DNA of 60,097 nt, filler included. It is 8 parts of 8 records of this genome, joined end to end, with 100 filler letters (N's around TTAATTAATTAA, not from the genome) between each part and the next. Parts side by side here need not be neighbours in the genome. Positions count along the whole stretch, not along the records: positions 36,961 to 45,706 come from SRR31147125_8925; positions 45,807 to 54,818 come from SRR31147125_8935; positions 54,919 to 60,097 come from SRR31147125_8960; 5 more parts are not named here. One strand, given 5' to 3'. The notes beneath the pieces were generated by a model that did no database searches, was not told the origin of the DNA, and saw only the letters and a list, made by a program, of their open reading frames with translations. The position numbers were made by a program, and so were the translations under genes. This document shows positions 43,823 to 55,006 of this stretch, piece by piece. How positions within the stretch are numbered: position 1 is the first letter of the stretch; each line of letters begins with the position of its first letter.

Positions 43823-44932
43823 TTATGAATCTTGACTACTTAACTTGGCAGACATCTCGTCTATGTCACCCTGCATCCTATTGATTTTTTTTACTAACCT
43901 ATGTTTTTTATTATTCATAAAGCTTATTACTTTAAACAAATAACCATACAAGAAATTATTATCATCCTTAAACAATGAATCTCCCACCATAGTTGCCAAT
44001 ACTTTATTTTGGCTTTTCTTACAAGGCACAAAGAACATAATTAAGTTACTTAAATCTTTTGTATCTGCTCTAAAGTATATTTTATATTTTGAGTTCATCT
44101 TGTATATCGCTTTTGTCAGCTTATAAATATCATCAGGTTTATGATAAACACTTATAGCTAACTTTGGAGTATATTTCTTTATTGTGTTTTTAGCACCGGT
44201 AATAACAGAATACTCTGCCCCTTCAGTATCAAGCTTTATCATATCTACTTTTTTTATCTTCAATTCTTTTACTAAGTTATCGACGCTATTGCCTTGAACT
44301 TCGATACCGTCACTGCTGATTTTAGCGCCAATACCGTCTCCTGAAAACTTAAGCTTCTCCTTAGATGATGTAAGAGCATATTCATGTACAGAAATATTAG
44401 CACTGTTTCGTTCCTTAATATTCTTAGATAACTCTTTATAGTTGTTAGGCTCTGCTTCAAAAGCATGAACATGTCCACTTTCGCCTACACCTTCTGCGAA
44501 CTTAAAGCTGGTATTTCCTGTATATGCTCCGCCGTCTAAAATAACATCGTCTTCTTCAGCTTCGAATATACCTGCTATACTGTATGTATCTATTGCATAT
44601 GTTTCTACTGCATCTCTTATGTCGGATAAAATGACTCCATCCATACCTGATACCATTTCCTCGTACTCTTTCCACTTTTCGTGTGAAATTTTTGCAGGAT
44701 ACATTTTGTGAGCATCTGGGTTGTTAAGAATGGAATAAGCACATTTAAACTGCATTAACCATTTGTAGTCAGTTTTTGATTCACTGTCTGACAGTGCATT
44801 ATAGACTGCATTATAGTAAGTACCATTTTTTAGTACTTCCAGCAGCTCTGCCGGTCTTCCGCAATTAACTTTATAATCACTTTTTTTAATATCACTATAT
44901 ACTTTTTTTATTAATTCTTCTAAATACATCAT
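43823..44932 (-). CDS. FkbM-family methyltransferase
   Basis: ILDGGAYTG, HAFEAEP, IKLDTEGAE, LAISVYH. Confidence 0.9.
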   Translation of the reverse strand: MMYLEELIKKVYSDIKKSDYKVNCGRPAELLEVLKNGTYYNAVYNALSDSESKTDYKWLMQFKCAYSILNNPDAHKMYPAKISHEKWKEYEEMVSGMDGVILSDIRDAVETYAIDTYSIAGIFEAEEDDVILDGGAYTGNTSFKFAEGVGESGHVHAFEAEPNNYKELSKNIKERNSANISVHEYALTSSKEKLKFSGDGIGAKISSDGIEVQGNSVDNLVKELKIKKVDMIKLDTEGAEYSVITGAKNTIKKYTPKLAISVYHKPDDIYKLTKAIYKMNSKYKIYFRADTKDLSNLIMFFVPCKKSQNKVLATMVGDSLFKDDNNFLYGYLFKVISFMNNKKHRLVKKINRMQGDIDEMSAKLSSQDS

Positions 44933-44956
44933 TCAACTCTCCCTTATTCTTTGAAA

Positions 44957-45678
44957 TTATACACCTATTTTGTTTCTATACATTTCAAGTGCAGTACTTA
45001 CGTCTCCGTCGTAGATTAACTTGCCTCTGTTGAAGTAAATACATCTTGTACAAAACTCTTCAAGTACGCTTTCGTTGTGAGAAACTATTACAACAGTTTT
45101 TGAGTTTCTTAATAACTCTTTTGTTTTTTGAGCAGATTTTTTGCGAAATGCCCTGTCCCCTACTGCAAAAACTTCATCTACTAAAAGGATATCCGAATTC
45201 GAGTAAGTACTTATCGAGAATGAAAGTCTAGCTTTCATACCTGATGAATACATTTTTACCGGCTTATTAATAAAGTCGTCGATATCTGCAAACTCAACAA
45301 TTGAACTCAGTTTTTCTTCTATTTCCTTTTGGTCATTCCGATTAAATAACACTTACGATAAATATTCTCAATTCCAGTAAAATCGCGCTCCAAACCTGCG
45401 CTTAAATTTATCATGGATGTTACCGTCCCGTTAACCTTGATTCTGCCTTCGTTTGGCAAAGTTATTCCTGCAATTAGTTTAAGCATAGTGGATTTACCTG
45501 TTCCGTTTCTGCCTATTAAACCAACTACTTCTCCTTTATTTATTTTGAAGGACACATCATCTACAGCTTTTTTAATGCTTACATGTCCTTTTCTGGTATA
45601 CAACCACGGAATCTTTTTTATATCGCTATTAAATAAATAATAATATTTTTTTACGTTTTTAAATTCTACTGCTAACAT
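44957..45678 (-). CDS. Polysaccharide/teichoic acid ABC exporter ATP-binding subunit (Wzt/TagH-like), frameshifted near 45350
   Basis: GRNGTGKST, YSSGMKARL, LLVDEVFAVGD, IVSH, split over two ORFs. Confidence 0.88.
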
Positions 45679-45971
45679 ATTACACCCAATCATCAAAATA
45701 TTTTTTNNNNNNNNNNNNNNNNNNNNNNNNNNNNNNNNNNNNNNNNNNNNTTAATTAATTAANNNNNNNNNNNNNNNNNNNNNNNNNNNNNNNNNNNNNN
45801 NNNNNNACAATAGCAGGACAAAATCATTCCCGACCATTCTGAAATGGCAAAACAGCAATACATTAAAGAATCTAATCAACCCCCTATAACTCAAAATCAA
45901 TTTCAATTTCTTCAACTTGAAACAAATATGTTATCTTCGCAGGTAATATTTGACTATGAATTGAAATTGGC

Positions 45972-48900
45972 ATGAAAAACTATAAATCTCTGAACGTTAT
46001 TGTTGGCTGGGCAGTATTTCTGATCTCGGCCATTGTTTATTTAATGACCATCGAACCTACTACCAGTTTTTGGGATTGCGGTGAGTTTATTACCACCTCA
46101 TTTAAGCTGGAAGTTGGACACCCTCCAGGTGCACCTTTTTTCATGATTGTGGGTCGGTTTTTCACCATCTTTGCTAGTCCTGAAAAAGCTGCATTAATGA
46201 TCAATGCATTGTCGGGTCTCGCAAGTGCGTTCACCATTTTGTTTCTGTTTTGGTCGATTACCCACCTTGCAAAAAAACTGGTTAAGATTGAAAATGAACC
46301 TACTTTGGGACAAAGCATTGCCATTATAGGTAGCGGTGTAGTTGGAGCTTTAGCATATACATTCTCCGATACATTTTGGTTTTCAGCAGTTGAAGGTGAA
46401 GTTTATGCATCTTCTTCGTTGATTACAGCCATCGTATTTTGGGCAATACTAAAATGGGAAAATGTGGCTGATCAGCCACAGGCCAATCGCTGGATTGTTT
46501 TGATTGCATACCTTATGGGACTATCTATTGGCGTTCACTTGTTGAACTTGCTTGCTATTCCTGCTATTGTTTTTGTTTATTATTTCAAAAAATATAAAGT
46601 TACCCGAAACGGAATTATTGCCAGCTTTTTAGTTTCTATGCTAATTCTAGGTGTAATCATGTATGGGATTATTCCAGGGGTTATTAAAATTGCAACCTGG
46701 TTTGAGCTTGGTTTTGTAAATGGGATAGGACTTCCGTTTAATACCGGGGTAATCATCTACTCAATAGCTTTGATTAGTCTCATTGTTTTGGGTATTAGCT
46801 ATACCCTTAAAAAGAGACTAGTACTTTGGAATACTGTTTTAATATCGTTCACTGTAATTCTAATTGGCTATTCATCGTTTGCAATGATTGTAATCAGATC
46901 TTCAGCAAACACTCCTATGGATCAAAATAGTCCGGATGATGTATTTTCACTTTTGAGATACCTTAACCGGGAGCAATATGGAGATCGTCCGTTGATGTTT
47001 GGACAGTATTACAACACTCCATTAGATACCCGGAATCCATATAGTGATGACAAACCTTATTATGTGCAAAAAGATGGTAAATATGTAATTTCATATACAC
47101 GTCAGAGTGCCAACTACGATTCTAATTACACCACTTTTTTCCCACGTATGTGGAGCCGTTCGGCACAACATGTTAAAGACTATAAAAGCTGGGCAGGTAT
47201 TAAAGGGAAACCGGCTAGAATTAAAAGTCCTAACGGTGAAGTGGAAACCATTCAACTACCAACCTTTGGTGAGAACATTTCATTTTTTATTCGTTACCAG
47301 ATTGTTCACATGTATTTCCGTTACTTCATGTGGAACTTTGTCGGACGGCAAAACGATACACAAGGGCATGGTGATATTTTAAATGGGAATTGGTTGAGTG
47401 GTGTTAATTTTATTGATTCTGCCAGGTTGGGCGATCAAAGCAAATTGCCAGATCAAATGAAAAACAATAAAGCACGAAATAGGTATTATTTTCTGCCTTT
47501 AATACTTGGATTAATTGGAGCCTTTTTTCATTACCAACGAGACAAGAAAGATACTTGGGTTGTTTTTCTACTTTTTATAATGACTGGTATCGCAATTGTT
47601 GTTTACTTAAACCAATATCCGCATCAGCCTCGTGAACGTGATTATGCTTTTGCTGGATCATTTTATGCATTTGCAATTTGGATTGGACTTGGTGTTTTAG
47701 CAATTGTAGAAGGCTTAAAGAAATGGATGCCTGAAACGATTAGCGCTATTGTGGTTTCTGTAATCAGCCTTTTCCTTGTTCCGGGAATTATGGCTTGTGA
47801 AAATTGGGATGATCACGATCGGTCAGGACGCTATACTGCCCGTGATTTTGGTTCAAATTATTTGAACTCCTGTGAACCGAATAGTGTGATTTTTACAAAT
47901 GGAGATAACGATACTTTCCCTCTTTGGTATAATCAGGAAGTAGAAGAAGTTCGGACAGATGTCCGGGTTTGTAACCTTAGTTATCTGCAAACCGATTGGT
48001 ATGTAGACCAAATGAGGAGGAAGGCTTACAAATCTGATCCTCTTCCAATATCATTTACTGAAGATGAATATGTACAAGGTGTAAATGATGTTATTTACTT
48101 AATGGAAGATCCACGAATTAAAGGTGCAGTGGAACTTAAAAAGGCATTGGATTTTGTGAAAGATGATGATCCGAGAACAAAATTGTCGCAAGCTGACGGA
48201 GCATCCTATATTCCATCAAAAAACCTATTTGTAACTGTTGATAAGGATGCCGTTATTCGAAACAAAGTGGTTCCGGAAGAACTTTATGACCAAATCCAAG
48301 ATACGATATTTATTAGTTTTGGCAGCAAAAATTACATTACCAAAGATGAGTTGATGGTACTTGATATGATTGCTAATTCCAATTGGGAACGCCCGATTTA
48401 TTATGCAATTACAGTTGGCCGTGATAAATATCTCGGCTTACAGGATTATTTTGTTCTTGAGGGGTTTGCGTATCGATTTACTCCAGTTAAATCTCCAAAA
48501 TCAGGAATTCATTTTGGAACAACTGATACCGATAAAATGTATCGATTGTTTATGAATGAATTTAAGTGGGGAGAAATGAACAATCCCGAAGTTTACATTG
48601 ATGAGAACAACCAACGGATGATGATGAATATCCGGAATAGCTTTAACCGTTTGGCTGAAGCTCTTGTCAAAGAAGGTAAAAAAGATTCAGCAATTCAGGT
48701 GCTGGATCGAAGTATTGAATTGATACCTCATAAAATTGTTCCATTTAATTATTTTTCATTGCAAATTGCTGAAAACTATTTTGGAGCAGAAGAAGTTGAA
48801 AAAGGGAAAGATATTATTAATCAAATTCTTTCATCATATGTGGCAGAAGTTGATTATCTCTTATCTCTAGATGATAAGTACATCGCTTCGGTTGATGAAG

Positions 48901-49031
48901 AAATTCAACGAATTCTTTATTTTATGCGTGAAATGGCGATGATTACAAAGAACAATCAGCAGGATGATCTCTCGAAAGAGATCACCCAAAAGTTTAACGA
49001 ATATCTGGAGCTTTATAGTTCCCGAAGCTAA
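45972..49031 (+). CDS. DUF2723 integral membrane glycosyltransferase-like protein
   Basis: SFWDCGEF, VGHPPGAP, FSAVEGEVY, QPRERDY, FTNGDNDTFPLWY. Confidence 0.9.
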   Translation: MKNYKSLNVIVGWAVFLISAIVYLMTIEPTTSFWDCGEFITTSFKLEVGHPPGAPFFMIVGRFFTIFASPEKAALMINALSGLASAFTILFLFWSITHLAKKLVKIENEPTLGQSIAIIGSGVVGALAYTFSDTFWFSAVEGEVYASSSLITAIVFWAILKWENVADQPQANRWIVLIAYLMGLSIGVHLLNLLAIPAIVFVYYFKKYKVTRNGIIASFLVSMLILGVIMYGIIPGVIKIATWFELGFVNGIGLPFNTGVIIYSIALISLIVLGISYTLKKRLVLWNTVLISFTVILIGYSSFAMIVIRSSANTPMDQNSPDDVFSLLRYLNREQYGDRPLMFGQYYNTPLDTRNPYSDDKPYYVQKDGKYVISYTRQSANYDSNYTTFFPRMWSRSAQHVKDYKSWAGIKGKPARIKSPNGEVETIQLPTFGENISFFIRYQIVHMYFRYFMWNFVGRQNDTQGHGDILNGNWLSGVNFIDSARLGDQSKLPDQMKNNKARNRYYFLPLILGLIGAFFHYQRDKKDTWVVFLLFIMTGIAIVVYLNQYPHQPRERDYAFAGSFYAFAIWIGLGVLAIVEGLKKWMPETISAIVVSVISLFLVPGIMACENWDDHDRSGRYTARDFGSNYLNSCEPNSVIFTNGDNDTFPLWYNQEVEEVRTDVRVCNLSYLQTDWYVDQMRRKAYKSDPLPISFTEDEYVQGVNDVIYLMEDPRIKGAVELKKALDFVKDDDPRTKLSQADGASYIPSKNLFVTVDKDAVIRNKVVPEELYDQIQDTIFISFGSKNYITKDELMVLDMIANSNWERPIYYAITVGRDKYLGLQDYFVLEGFAYRFTPVKSPKSGIHFGTTDTDKMYRLFMNEFKWGEMNNPEVYIDENNQRMMMNIRNSFNRLAEALVKEGKKDSAIQVLDRSIELIPHKIVPFNYFSLQIAENYFGAEEVEKGKDIINQILSSYVAEVDYLLSLDDKYIASVDEEIQRILYFMREMAMITKNNQQDDLSKEITQKFNEYLELYSSRS

Positions 49032-49684
49032 TGCAGCGTTATGATCCACGCATACGTTTACCATGGTTTCTGATGCGGTATTTTCCAGAAGCTATATGGC
49101 GGGTTGAGGATAATTTCAAACGGGTTTTTCTAACTTTTGATGATGGACCTGTTCCCGGAGCAACACCTTGGGTTCTTGATTTATTGAAAAAAGAAAACAT
49201 TAAAGCTTGCTTTTTTTGCGTAGGTGAAAATGTGCAACGTTATCCGCATATTTATGCACGTATTATAGTTGAAGGGCACCAGGTCGGGAATCATACCTTC
49301 AATCATTTGCAAGGATTAAAGACTCCCAATAAAAAGTTCTTTCGAAATATTATTAAAGCTTCAAAATATATTGAATCGGATTTATTTCGTCCTCCTCATG
49401 GGTGGATGCGAAAATCACAATATGAACAGATAAAGCATCATTACCAGGTGGTAATGTGGGATATTTTGAGTGGCGATTATAAACCGGAGTTATCGCCTGA
49501 GGATATTATTAGGAATGTGATAAAACCAGTAAGATCCGGATCCGTTATTACATTTCATGACTCAATGAAATCAATTAAAAACCTACAAAAAGCATTGCCT
49601 GTAATAATTGAAGAATTGAAAATGCAAGGATATGAGTTTGGCTCAATTCCTTTAGAAAAAGAAAAATTAGAAATTGCTATTTAA
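49031..49684 (+). CDS. Polysaccharide deacetylase (NodB/CE4)
   Basis: LTFDDGP, GNHTFNH, FRPPHG, FHDS. Confidence 0.92.
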   Translation: MQRYDPRIRLPWFLMRYFPEAIWRVEDNFKRVFLTFDDGPVPGATPWVLDLLKKENIKACFFCVGENVQRYPHIYARIIVEGHQVGNHTFNHLQGLKTPNKKFFRNIIKASKYIESDLFRPPHGWMRKSQYEQIKHHYQVVMWDILSGDYKPELSPEDIIRNVIKPVRSGSVITFHDSMKSIKNLQKALPVIIEELKMQGYEFGSIPLEKEKLEIAI

Positions 49685-49697
49685 TAAATTTAGTCAC

Positions 49698-50969
49698 ATG
49701 TTGAATATTCTTATCGTCGGATCAGGAGGAAGGGAACATGCCCTTGCTTGGAAAATCAAACAATCATCAAAAGTCAATCAATTGTTTATTGCACCTGGAA
49801 ATGCAGGAACTGCAGAATTGGGAGAAAACATCCCTGTAGGTGTTTCTGATTTTGAAGGTTTAAAAAAGGCTGTATTACAAAAGGAAATTGATTTGATGTT
49901 AGTTGGTCCGGAAGTTCCATTGGTAGAAGGACTACATGATTATTTTCTTGCTGATGAAGAACTGAAACACGTGAAAATTGTTGGTCCTCAAAAAGAAGGA
50001 GCTCAGCTGGAAGGCTCAAAAGATTTCTCCAAGGAATTTATGGAGCGTCATAATATACCAACTGCAAAATACAAAACAGTAACTAGTGAAAATATTACTG
50101 AAGGAGTTGATTTTCTGAAAAGTATGAAAGCTCCATATGTGTTGAAAGCTGATGGTCTTGCAGCTGGTAAAGGGGTTTTGATTATTGATAATCTTCCTGA
50201 AGCCGAAGCATCATTGAAAGAAATGTTAGATGGTCAGTTCGGAGATGCCAGTAGCAAAGTAGTGATTGAAGAGTTTCTTTCTGGAATTGAACTTTCCGTT
50301 TTTGCAATAACCGATGGGAAGGGGTACCAAATTCTTCCAGAAGCGAAAGACTATAAACGGATTGGCGAAGGTGACACCGGCTTGAATACTGGAGGAATGG
50401 GAGCAATTAGTCCTGTGCCATTTGCTGATGAAGCTTTCATGAAAAAAATTGAAGATCGCATTATTAAACCAACGGTTGATGGTTTGCAAAAAGATGGAAT
50501 TCCATACAATGGGTTTATCTTTTTTGGTCTAATAAAAGTTGATGGCGAACCTTTAGTTATCGAATATAATGCACGAATGGGCGATCCGGAAACGGAAGCT
50601 GTAATGTTGCGAGTTAAGTCTGATTTTGTAGATTTATTAGTAGCAGCTGCTGATGGAACAATGGCTGAGCAATCTATTGAGATTGATGAACGTACTGCCG
50701 TAACTGTTATGCTTGTGTCAGGAGGTTACCCAGTAAAACATGAAAATGGTAAAGTGATGACTGGCTTTGATCAGGTAGAAAACAGCATTCCATTTCATGC
50801 CGGAACCAAACAAAATGGTGATCAAGTAGTGACTGCTGGAGGGCGTGTACTAGCGATGAGCTCATATGGTTCTTCGATGAAAGAAGCATTGGAACAATCG
50901 TATGTTAATGCTGAAAAAATTAACTTTGAAGGAAAGTATTATCGGAAAGATTTAGGGTTCGATCTATAA
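49698..50969 (+). CDS. purD: Phosphoribosylamine--glycine ligase
   Basis: GSGGREHAL, APGNAG, LEGSK, KADGLAAGKGV, NTGGMGA, EYNARMGDPE. Confidence 0.97.
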   Translation: MLNILIVGSGGREHALAWKIKQSSKVNQLFIAPGNAGTAELGENIPVGVSDFEGLKKAVLQKEIDLMLVGPEVPLVEGLHDYFLADEELKHVKIVGPQKEGAQLEGSKDFSKEFMERHNIPTAKYKTVTSENITEGVDFLKSMKAPYVLKADGLAAGKGVLIIDNLPEAEASLKEMLDGQFGDASSKVVIEEFLSGIELSVFAITDGKGYQILPEAKDYKRIGEGDTGLNTGGMGAISPVPFADEAFMKKIEDRIIKPTVDGLQKDGIPYNGFIFFGLIKVDGEPLVIEYNARMGDPETEAVMLRVKSDFVDLLVAAADGTMAEQSIEIDERTAVTVMLVSGGYPVKHENGKVMTGFDQVENSIPFHAGTKQNGDQVVTAGGRVLAMSSYGSSMKEALEQSYVNAEKINFEGKYYRKDLGFDL

Positions 50970-51029
50970 ATAGAAGGTACAGTCAACCTATTATTTTTGA
51001 CATATGCCTTTTAATTTTGAATTGAAATT

Positions 51030-52013
51030 ATGATACTACGGTTATTAAAAACTAACCAGGCATACCATTTTATCCTGATCCCTGTGGTGGTTACCATCTT
51101 GTGGATCAGGTCGCTTATTTTTCCTGAATTTTTTCATTTTTTCCAGGGTGAGAATAGCATGGTTTTGTATCGGCCAATTCATCAACTCTTAGGGCAGTCT
51201 GCTTTTGCAAATAACTTTCTGGCAATGATTTTTGTAATCTTGCTATCATTCTTTATACTTGGGCTCAACACAACGTTTGCATTTATCCGTATAAGAACAT
51301 TTTTACTTTCTAATATTTTTGTTCTGATTATTAGTGGAATGCTTTCATTGCATACGCTACATCCAGTATATTTTGGGCTACTTTTTCTATTGCTTTCAAT
51401 TCGGCGAATTTTTAAATCGTATGATAAGAAAATTGTTCATTCAAATTCGTTTGATGCTGGTTTTTTAATAGGAATAGGATCCCTATTTTATTTCAATCTA
51501 ATTTTCTATTTCCCAATTGTTTGGATCGGATTTCTGCTCATACGAAAACGTACAGAATGGAGAAACTTTGTTCTTCCGGTTTTGGGTTTAATTGTACCAT
51601 GGCTTTTTGCGTATTCCTATTATTATTTATTTGCTGATTTATCTTTGCTGAAAGAGAGTATACAGCAGAATTTTCTGAGCGAGAATAAGCTTTTTCAAGG
51701 CAATATCTTTTTATTAATATATCTGGGTTTCTTAATTTTTCTAACCCTAATATCCAGTTTCTTTTTGCTCAATCAGTATGATGAAAAGAAAATAAGTACT
51801 CGGAAATACTTTCAGATTTTCTTTATCATTTTTATTATTTCAATTTTATTATTGATGACAGTACCATCTGTTTCGCAAGAAATAATGGTCATTATGGCTT
51901 TCCCTTTAACATGCCTTATCTCAAACTATCTCATTTTTATGAAACGGAAAGTTTGGGGCAATGTATTTTTGTATCTTTTTCTTGCACTCGTTATTTACCT
52001 GCAATTTGTGTAA
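51030..52013 (+). CDS. Multi-pass membrane protein (DUF6427-like, Bacteroidota)
   Basis: About 9-10 TM helices, located after purD. Confidence 0.6.
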   Translation: MILRLLKTNQAYHFILIPVVVTILWIRSLIFPEFFHFFQGENSMVLYRPIHQLLGQSAFANNFLAMIFVILLSFFILGLNTTFAFIRIRTFLLSNIFVLIISGMLSLHTLHPVYFGLLFLLLSIRRIFKSYDKKIVHSNSFDAGFLIGIGSLFYFNLIFYFPIVWIGFLLIRKRTEWRNFVLPVLGLIVPWLFAYSYYYLFADLSLLKESIQQNFLSENKLFQGNIFLLIYLGFLIFLTLISSFFLLNQYDEKKISTRKYFQIFFIIFIISILLLMTVPSVSQEIMVIMAFPLTCLISNYLIFMKRKVWGNVFLYLFLALVIYLQFV

Positions 52014-53661
52014 ATGAATTCCGAAAAAGCAACGCTGGCCATTTATGGAATTCAGGATCGTTTCGAATACGATCATCCATTTTATGTGCACGACCATAAC
52101 TTGTGTATTATGCGTAATGGTAAAGTGGAGCACTTTTTACAACTGGAACGATTAACGCGCAGAAAACGTGACAATAAACTTTATGATGAACTTTATTCAA
52201 TATTAAAAAATAAGAAGCTAGTTGCCGAAGATTATGATCTTGTTTTTGTAGACAATGTGGTTGGTCGAACATTTCTTACTCCAAAAGGAGATTGTCGTTT
52301 TGAGGCGCCGCTTGCAAATGAACTTACAACAGAACTGGAGCGTGGCAAATGTTGGTGGTTTGGGAGAGAAGCAAATGCCTGGGTGCTTAATCACGAATTG
52401 GCTCATGTTTTTAGTTGTCTTCCATTCTTTGGGAATTTTAAAGAAAACAGTTTGCTTGTCCATTTTGATGGTGGTGCCAGTTTAAGCAACTTTTCTGCCT
52501 GGCATTTTACGAATGGTGAAATTAAACTTGTCGAATCGCATTGGGATTATCAATATCTAACTTCATTATTTAATGCCAATGCATTGGTGTTTTCAGTAAT
52601 TGGAGCTAAACTGAGTGAGCAAAACTCTGTCCCTGGGAAAATGATGGGCTTAGCAGGGCATGGCAACTACCGAAAAGAGTTGGCACTATGGCTAAAAACA
52701 AATAATTTTTTCGGATATCTGGGGAAAGAAATCTTCCTTTTTCAGAAAAGTGAAAGAAGATTGGGGAATTGAACTTAAATCTTTCGACCAAAAGAACTCA
52801 TTTATTTTAGACTGTATTGCAACCCTTCATGAATTGTTTATTAAGGAAACTGTATCAATATTACAACAACTAAAAAAGAAGACAGGAGCTGATAGTCTTT
52901 ATTACACCGGAGGTTGCGCCCTAAATATTGTTGCTAACACCCGGATAATTCGATCCAATATTTTCAAAGATGTTTTTATTCCTCCTTGTACGGAAGACTC
53001 AGGACTTGCACTTGGAGCAGCAGCTTTTGCAGAGTGGAAAAAACATGGGACAGTGGAACTACATTCACCATATTTAAATAACTGGAATCTTCCTCAGTCT
53101 GAGTTCCAATATACGATTGAGGATATCAGGCAAACCGCTAGGGAATTAATGGCTGGAAAAATAATTGGTGTTTGCAACGGACATGGCGAAGCCGGTCCAA
53201 GAGCATTAGGAAATCGAAGTTTACTGTGTTTAGCAAGTGATAAAAAGTTGGCTCAGAAACTAAGTATGAGGCACAAAGGACGGGAATGGTACAGACCTGT
53301 AGCTCCAATTATGATCGAAAAGAATACAAAATACTTCACGGGTCAGCAAAAAATTCATTCTCTAAGTGAATACATGCTGCTCGATTTTGATATCCTTCCA
53401 GAAAAGAAACAGGAATTATTTGGAGCAGTTCATGCTGATGGAACTGCCCGAATACAAACACTCTTTAATCGCGAACAAAATCCATTTATCTGGGATTTAC
53501 TTTTTTATCTGGATGAAAAGTACAACTGCAAAGCACTAATCAACACCTCATTCAATAGTCAGGTAGAACCCATTGTTCATACAGCAGAAGATGCAATTGC
53601 TTCTGCTAAAAATATGGAAATTGATGGACTCGTTGTTAATGGGAAACTGAGTTTGATTTAG
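52014..53661 (+). CDS. Carbamoyltransferase (NodU/CmcH/TobZ family), frameshift near 52706-52711
   Basis: HDHN, HELAH, FDGG, PGKMMGLA, GGCALN, EAGPRALGNRSLL, REWYRPVAP, HADGTARIQ, INTSFN. Confidence 0.88.
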
Positions 53662-53663
53662 AT

Positions 53664-53722
53664 CACCTCCCCCAAAATCAGGTTGCTAATTTTGGGTACT
53701 CCTCCTTTTAAGGAGGAGAATT
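53664..53722. repeat. REP-like double hairpin between convergent genes
   Basis: CCCAAAAT...ATTTTGGG then CTCCTCCTT-TT-AAGGAGGAG. Confidence 0.55.
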
Positions 53723-53840
53723 AAAGTTTGTGGCATTAAAGAAATGAATTTGCTATAAGAAAGTATATAATCCAAATTTGCCCTCTTTAACGAGAAATGG
53801 AAATTTAATTTATGGGTATGAATTTGGAATTCGGTAGTTT

Positions 53841-54803
53841 CTAAATATCCATTAAGTCTTCAAACGGTAGTTTCCCTAAATCAAGATTTCCACCACTAAG
53901 GATAATGCCAACCTTTTTGCCTGCCACATCAACCTTATTTTCCAGAATAGCAGCCAGAGGTACTGCAGATGATGGTTCAATAATAATTTTCATGCGTTCC
54001 CAAATTAGTCGCATGGCACGTATGATTCCTCGTTCGGTAACTGTTACAATTTCATCGGTTTTTCGCTGAATAATTCGAAAGTTGATTTCGCCTACTGAAG
54101 TAAGCAACCCATCGCAAATGGTTTTTGGATCAACTGATGGGATTAGTTTATTGGCATGAAAAGAACGGTAAGCATCATCAGCTCCTTCGGGCTCAACAGC
54201 AATTACTTTTCCTTTTGGGTTTATTTCTTTTGATGTGATTGAAGTTCCACTTATTAAACCACCTCCTCCAATCGGACAAAGAATAATATCAAAATTCCCA
54301 TAATCTTCAATGAGTTCTTTGGAGGCAGTTCCCTGTCCGCAAATCACCTGCACATTGTTGTATGGATGAATCTCGGTTGCTCCGGTTTTAGCCTTAATTT
54401 CTGCCAGTGTGCTTTCCCGCGATTTTAATGTTGGCTTGCAATAGGTTATTTTTGCACCGTAAGTTTCAACTGCTTTCTTTTTTATATCAGGAGAATTTAT
54501 GGGCATTACAATAAAAGCAGGTATTCCTTGCTGCTTTGCTGCCAGTGCCAGTGCGGCGGCATGGTTACCAGATGAATGAGTGCAAACACCTTTTGCTGCC
54601 TGATTTTTAGTAAGCGACAAAACAGCATTGCTTGCTCCCCTGAACTTAAATGCACCAACCTTTTGAAAGTTTTCACATTTGAAAAAGATATTGCATCCGG
54701 TAATTTTATTAATTGCAGAAGATGTTAACACCGGAGTATGATGAACCAAACCAGCAATTCGCTCATGGGCTTTCTTAATGTCAATGTATTCGGGTAAATT
54801 CAT
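53841..54803 (-). CDS. PLP-dependent threonine/serine dehydratase (serine racemase-like)
   Basis: KCENFQKVGAFKFRGA, HSSGNHA, PIGGGGL, EPSSA, LSGGN. Confidence 0.9.
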   Translation of the reverse strand: MNLPEYIDIKKAHERIAGLVHHTPVLTSSAINKITGCNIFFKCENFQKVGAFKFRGASNAVLSLTKNQAAKGVCTHSSGNHAAALALAAKQQGIPAFIVMPINSPDIKKKAVETYGAKITYCKPTLKSRESTLAEIKAKTGATEIHPYNNVQVICGQGTASKELIEDYGNFDIILCPIGGGGLISGTSITSKEINPKGKVIAVEPEGADDAYRSFHANKLIPSVDPKTICDGLLTSVGEINFRIIQRKTDEIVTVTERGIIRAMRLIWERMKIIIEPSSAVPLAAILENKVDVAGKKVGIILSGGNLDLGKLPFEDLMDI

Positions 54804-54943
54804 GCTAAACGTTCTTAANNNNNNNNNNNNNNNNNNNNNNNNNNNNNNNNNNNNNNNNNNNNTTAATTAATTAANNNNNNNNNNNNNNNNNNNNNNNNNN
54901 NNNNNNNNNNNNNNNNNNAATGTACTATACATTACAGACACTT

Positions 54944-54965
54944 GGCCCTAATCGAGGGCCTTTTT
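54944..54965 (+). terminator. Intrinsic terminator at the end of the phage-like module (T run on the + strand)
   Basis: GGCCCT-AATCG-AGGGCC-TTTTT. Confidence 0.7.
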
Positions 54966-55006
54966 ATTTGCGTTTTTTCCGTGCATATTTGTACTTAACA
55001 AAATCA

